Below the pieces are notes generated by a model, which was given only the letters and a program-made list of their open reading frames with translations, was not told where the DNA came from and did no database searches. Shown one piece after another: positions 8,937-9,933 of a stretch of DNA of 9,933 nucleotides. Numbering within the stretch: position 1 is the first letter of the stretch; each line of letters starts with the position of its first letter. Made by a program: the position numbers and the translations under genes. This stretch comes from Octopus sinensis (taxonomy: Eukaryota), in the NCBI RefSeq assembly GCF_006345805.1, contig NW_021827760.1, positions 1 to 9,933 of the forward strand, given 5' to 3'.

Positions 8937-9082
8937 TTTTTTTCTCTCCTTGTTTGTCTTCTTGTTTTTTTCTGTGTATCTTTCTGTAGAAGAGCGTAGG
9001 CTCGAAACGTAAAAGACTTTTTCTATTCCTGAGCGCTATACTAATACATTTGTTTGTACTCCATCTATTTTCGTAAACTTCC
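8937..9082 (+). mobile_element. Probable Penelope-like element terminal (pLTR) fragment
   Basis: T-rich island between microsatellites, carrying a minimal hammerhead-like motif of the kind known from Penelope-like pLTRs. No RT or GIY-YIG coding sequence was seen and the boundaries are approximate. Confidence 0.55.
8979..9016 (+). ncRNA. Minimal type I hammerhead-ribozyme-like motif (variant core)
   Basis: Stem I TCTTT 8979-8983 / AAAGA 9012-9016; core CTGTAGA(A) 8984-8991; stem II GAGC-GTAG-GCTC 8992-9003; GAAA 9004-9007; palindromic ACGT stem III; GUA site ending at 9011. Confidence 0.6.
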
Positions 9083-9083
9083 G

Positions 9084-9170
9084 TACCTACCTACCTACCT
9101 ACCTACCTACCTACCTGTTTATCTATTTATTTATCTATCTATCTTTATATACATATATGTTTATGTGTAT
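9084..9170. repeat. (CTAC)n then degenerate (TATC)n/(TA)n
   Basis: Directly visible. Confidence 0.9.
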
Positions 9171-9174
9171 ATAA

Positions 9175-9274
9175 TTCTGTTTGCGTTTGTCATCAGTCAC
9201 CGTGGATTTGTTTACCTCCGCAAAAGATATGCTATAGAATACGAACCAGACTTCAAAACACACACACACACACA

Positions 9275-9305
<31 letters not shown>

Positions 9306-9425
9306 CACAACAGAAAATAACAAAAACCAAACCATAAGCACTGGATTTGCTTTCTTCAACCAAAATCTTCAAGACGATGCTCCAGCATGACCGCAATCCG
9401 ATAACTAAAAGAAGCAAAATATAGA
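9175..9425 (+). mobile_element. Old, decayed 3' half of a family B SINE, interrupted by (CA)n at 9259-9309
   Basis: Colinear matches to the young copy: GTTTACCTCC 9210 vs GTTTACGTCC 9705; GCAAAAGA 9220 vs 9733; TGCTCCAGCATG 9378 vs 9813. Confidence 0.7.
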
Positions 9426-9450
9426 ACATGAACGACATACTATGTATAAA

Positions 9451-9871
9451 TGCACAGGAGTGGCTGTGTGGTAAGTAGCTTGCTTACCAACCACATGGTT
9501 CCGGGTTCAGTCCCACTGCATGGCATCTTGGGCAAGTGTCTTCTGCTATAGCCCCGGGCCGACCAATGCCTTGTGAGTGGATTTGGTAGACGGAAACAGA
9601 AAGAAGCCTGTCGTATATATGTATATATATATAAGTGTGTGTGTGTATATGTTTGTGTGTCTGTGTTTGTCCCCCTAGCATTGCTTGACAACCGATGCTG
9701 GTGTGTTTACGTCCCCGTCACTTAGCGGTTCGGCAAAAGAGACCGATATAATAAATACTGGGCTTACAAAAAAAGAATAAGTCCCGGGGTCGATTTGCTC
9801 GACTAAAGGCGGTGCTCCAGCATGGCGGCAGTCAAATGATTGAAACGAGTAAAAGAGTAAAGAGTAAAGAG
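9451..9871 (+). mobile_element. tRNA-derived SINE family B, full length, with internal microsatellite
   Basis: A box TGGCTGTGTGG 9461-9471, B box GGTTCAGTCCC 9504-9514, CORE-like CTTGGGCAAGTGTCTT from 9527, internal (TA)/(TG) tract ~9615-9668 and tandem tail (GAGTAAA)n 9847-9871. Confidence 0.9.
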
Positions 9872-9900
9872 ATGTACGCATGGAGCCCAGATAATCGTGT

Positions 9901-9927
9901 CATTAGCATGTTGGACGAACTGCTTAC
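9901..9927 (+). mobile_element. Decayed family A-like SINE head fragment at the window edge
   Basis: TTAGCATGTTGGACGAACTGCTTA vs TTAGCACGACGGACGAAATGCTTA (7562-7585). Confidence 0.5.
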
Positions 9928-9933
9928 CTTACA

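Noticed and set aside
9191-9197. CTGATGA hammerhead core on the minus strand
   Set aside because: No stem II or GAAA follows it, and it lies within a decayed SINE.
9442-9876. TSD for the family B SINE (ATGTA on both sides)
   Set aside because: It is only 5 bp, not flush with the 5' end, and likely chance.

Overview
AT-rich, microsatellite-dense eukaryotic non-coding DNA with no intact protein-coding gene. The repeat families resemble, from memory and not from a search, those of octopus/coleoid cephalopod genomes. The window holds at least three tRNA-derived SINE families. Family A occurs at 1314-1544 (perfect 17-bp target-site duplication), as a head-to-tail dimer at 7541-7953, and as relics. 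Family B occurs at 9451-9871 with an older relic at ~9175-9425. Family C occurs at ~592-907. There is also a decayed 1.33-kb mariner transposon (2702-4030) whose two ends may come from different mariner families, and many (TA)n/(CA)n/(ATCT)n/(TACA)n tracts. The most notable signals are two type I hammerhead-ribozyme-like folds, both with non-canonical core positions and untested. One is a Penelope-type minimal motif at 8979-9016; the other lies at the 3' end of the family C SINE (846-890). Almost all ORFs in the track are microsatellite or SINE artefacts.
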